DNA of 64,000 bases from Cyanophyceae cyanobacterium (GTDB taxonomy: Bacteria > Cyanobacteriota > Cyanobacteriia > Cyanobacteriales > JBHJGN01): contig JBHJGN010000001.1 in NCBI GenBank assembly GCA_050331735.1, forward strand, positions 1 to 64,000, read 5' to 3'. The notes below the pieces were generated by a model. It had not been told where the DNA came from, searched no databases, and saw only the letters and a program-made list of their open reading frames with translations. This document shows, one piece after another, positions 62,573 through 64,000 of the stretch (position 1 is its first letter; each line of letters opens with the position of its first letter). The position numbers and the translations under genes were made by a program.

Positions 62573-62654
62573 AAGACAGCAGTGCCCACAAGCATTGTTG
62601 ATTGTCCTTAGTTGAGTGACACAAACAGTAACCTTATAGTAGGGGAGTTTACCA

Positions 62655-62843
62655 ATGTCTCAACCAGCCCAGCTTACGCTAGAGCAGCAGTTTAACGTTC
62701 GCTCCTTTGAAACCCAGGTGAAAAGGATGAGTCGAGAACAAGCTCAAGACTTCTTAGTCAAACTGTATGAACAGATGATGCTCAGAGAAAATATGTACAA
62801 AGAGTTCATCAAGCATCAGTGGGGCATTGAGCCGACTGCATAG
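62655..62843 (+). CDS. nblA: NblA phycobilisome degradation protein (paralog 2)
   Basis: LTLEQQFNVRSFETQV..MSREQAQDFLVKLYEQMMLRE..YK...KHQWG; GGGGAG RBS. Confidence 0.95.
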   Translation: MSQPAQLTLEQQFNVRSFETQVKRMSREQAQDFLVKLYEQMMLRENMYKEFIKHQWGIEPTA

Positions 62844-63001
62844 CAAGAGCGCCAGTGATACTGGACGACCTCCTTCTCTGGCTCGGTTCCAACTGGAAAA
62901 AAGCTGGGGATCTGGGGCGTCACCACCAAACTTTGTCAGATTACTATTGCCCGCGTCAATCTTTCTGCTAGGGTAAAGGGAAACTAAGCACTTCCTTACG
63001 T

Positions 63002-63880
63002 ATGTTTCAGCGTTGCCTTATCTGTACAGATTTCTCAGACGGTCTGGAGCGCCTTGTTAGTTTCGTTCCCCAGTTAGCGAGCAGCGGACTACAGCAAATC
63101 GTTTTTTTGCACAGCGTACCTTTGTGGGAGCAGGGCAGCATCCCAAGAGTGGATGAAGATAAAGTCGCAGCAGCCAAAGAGCACTTATCGCAAGCCCTCA
63201 ACAAGGTTCCTGAAGGAGTTGACGTTAGGATAGAAGTTCCTTCAGGCAAACCAACAGATCATATTCTTCGGACCCTCAAAGAATACCAGAGCGAGGTTGT
63301 TCTGTTGGGAACTCCAGTGCGTAGCTCACTCCAGGAGAAATTTGTTGGCAGTACTAGTATGGGGCTAGCCAAGCAAACGCCCACTCCCCTGATGATCTTT
63401 CGTCCCCAACTGATTACCACCTATACTCAAGAGGAATTGGCCCTACGCTGTCAGCACCTGTGGCGATACTTACTGATTCCCTTCAACGACAGTAAAACCG
63501 CTCAGTACCTCATCGAACGGATCAAAGACTATACCCAAAACTGCCCCTCAAGCACCTTAGAAAAGTGCATGCTCATCTGGGTAATTGAAGATGGACCACG
63601 CCAGGAAGTGATTAGAGAAAGTCGGCGCGAAGAGGCTCAGAAGAAGCTAGCAGCGGTAAAAGCCGAGCTAGAGGAGCTTGGGTTGCAGGTGAATACAGCA
63701 GTCAGAGAAGGTAATGGTCTACAGGAAATTTTGCAGGCTGCCCTCACCTTCGACATTAGCGCGATCGCCATTGCCACCGATTATCGCAGCAATCCGCTGG
63801 AGTGGACAGTATCAAGCTTTGCGAACGAGGTGTTGCATAAAAGTTGGTTTCCACTGCTGTTTTTCTCTCCCAAAAAGTAA
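63002..63880 (+). CDS. Universal stress protein (tandem USP domains)
   Basis: LICTDFSD, EKFVGSTS, second USP domain ending SSFANEVL...PLLF. Confidence 0.88.
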   Translation: MFQRCLICTDFSDGLERLVSFVPQLASSGLQQIVFLHSVPLWEQGSIPRVDEDKVAAAKEHLSQALNKVPEGVDVRIEVPSGKPTDHILRTLKEYQSEVVLLGTPVRSSLQEKFVGSTSMGLAKQTPTPLMIFRPQLITTYTQEELALRCQHLWRYLLIPFNDSKTAQYLIERIKDYTQNCPSSTLEKCMLIWVIEDGPRQEVIRESRREEAQKKLAAVKAELEELGLQVNTAVREGNGLQEILQAALTFDISAIAIATDYRSNPLEWTVSSFANEVLHKSWFPLLFFSPKK

Positions 63881-64000
63881 CCACCGCCCTTGGTGCGGGG
63901 AAAGGGATTAACTAATCAGTGACGAACGAGTATAAACGGACTTGAGCTTGAGCAGAATTTGCGGCTTGAGCTTTTGGTACTCTTGCTTGAGGAGCTTTTT

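Overview
Chromosomal window from a cyanobacterium, shown by frequent HIP1 GCGATCGC octamers plus nblA x2, gifA, pxcA, ccb1, an rbp3-like gene and a tmRNA with the cyanobacterial-type tag ANNIVKFERVAVAA. Most of it is housekeeping, transport and signalling genes. The standout is an accessory block directly downstream of tmRNA (about 8.1-19.5 kb). It holds a minus-strand lasso-peptide (RiPP) cluster: PqqD/RRE, lasso cyclase, a 50-aa precursor missed by the ORF track (16832-16984, predicted core ALGDQGTPDGEVLRGIVVVKTG), an HPr-kinase-like kinase and a methyltransferase. The methyltransferase has the motif set of eukaryotic protein arginine methyltransferases and an RRE-like N-terminus, and the core has a single Arg in an RG context. 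No B2 peptidase or exporter is visible in the window. Next to the cluster are a TIGR03032-TPR-GT41 glycosyltransferase fusion and a divergent 15-repeat FG-GAP protein. Other items: heptamer/mini-hairpin repeats with a nested MITE, an amino-acid ABC operon split by an antisense diguanylate cyclase with an NtcA-type promoter between 17-bp inverted repeats, a PucR-linked osmoprotectant ABC transporter, and an unannotated 31-aa membrane protein. All family calls come from reading motifs by eye; no database searches were run.
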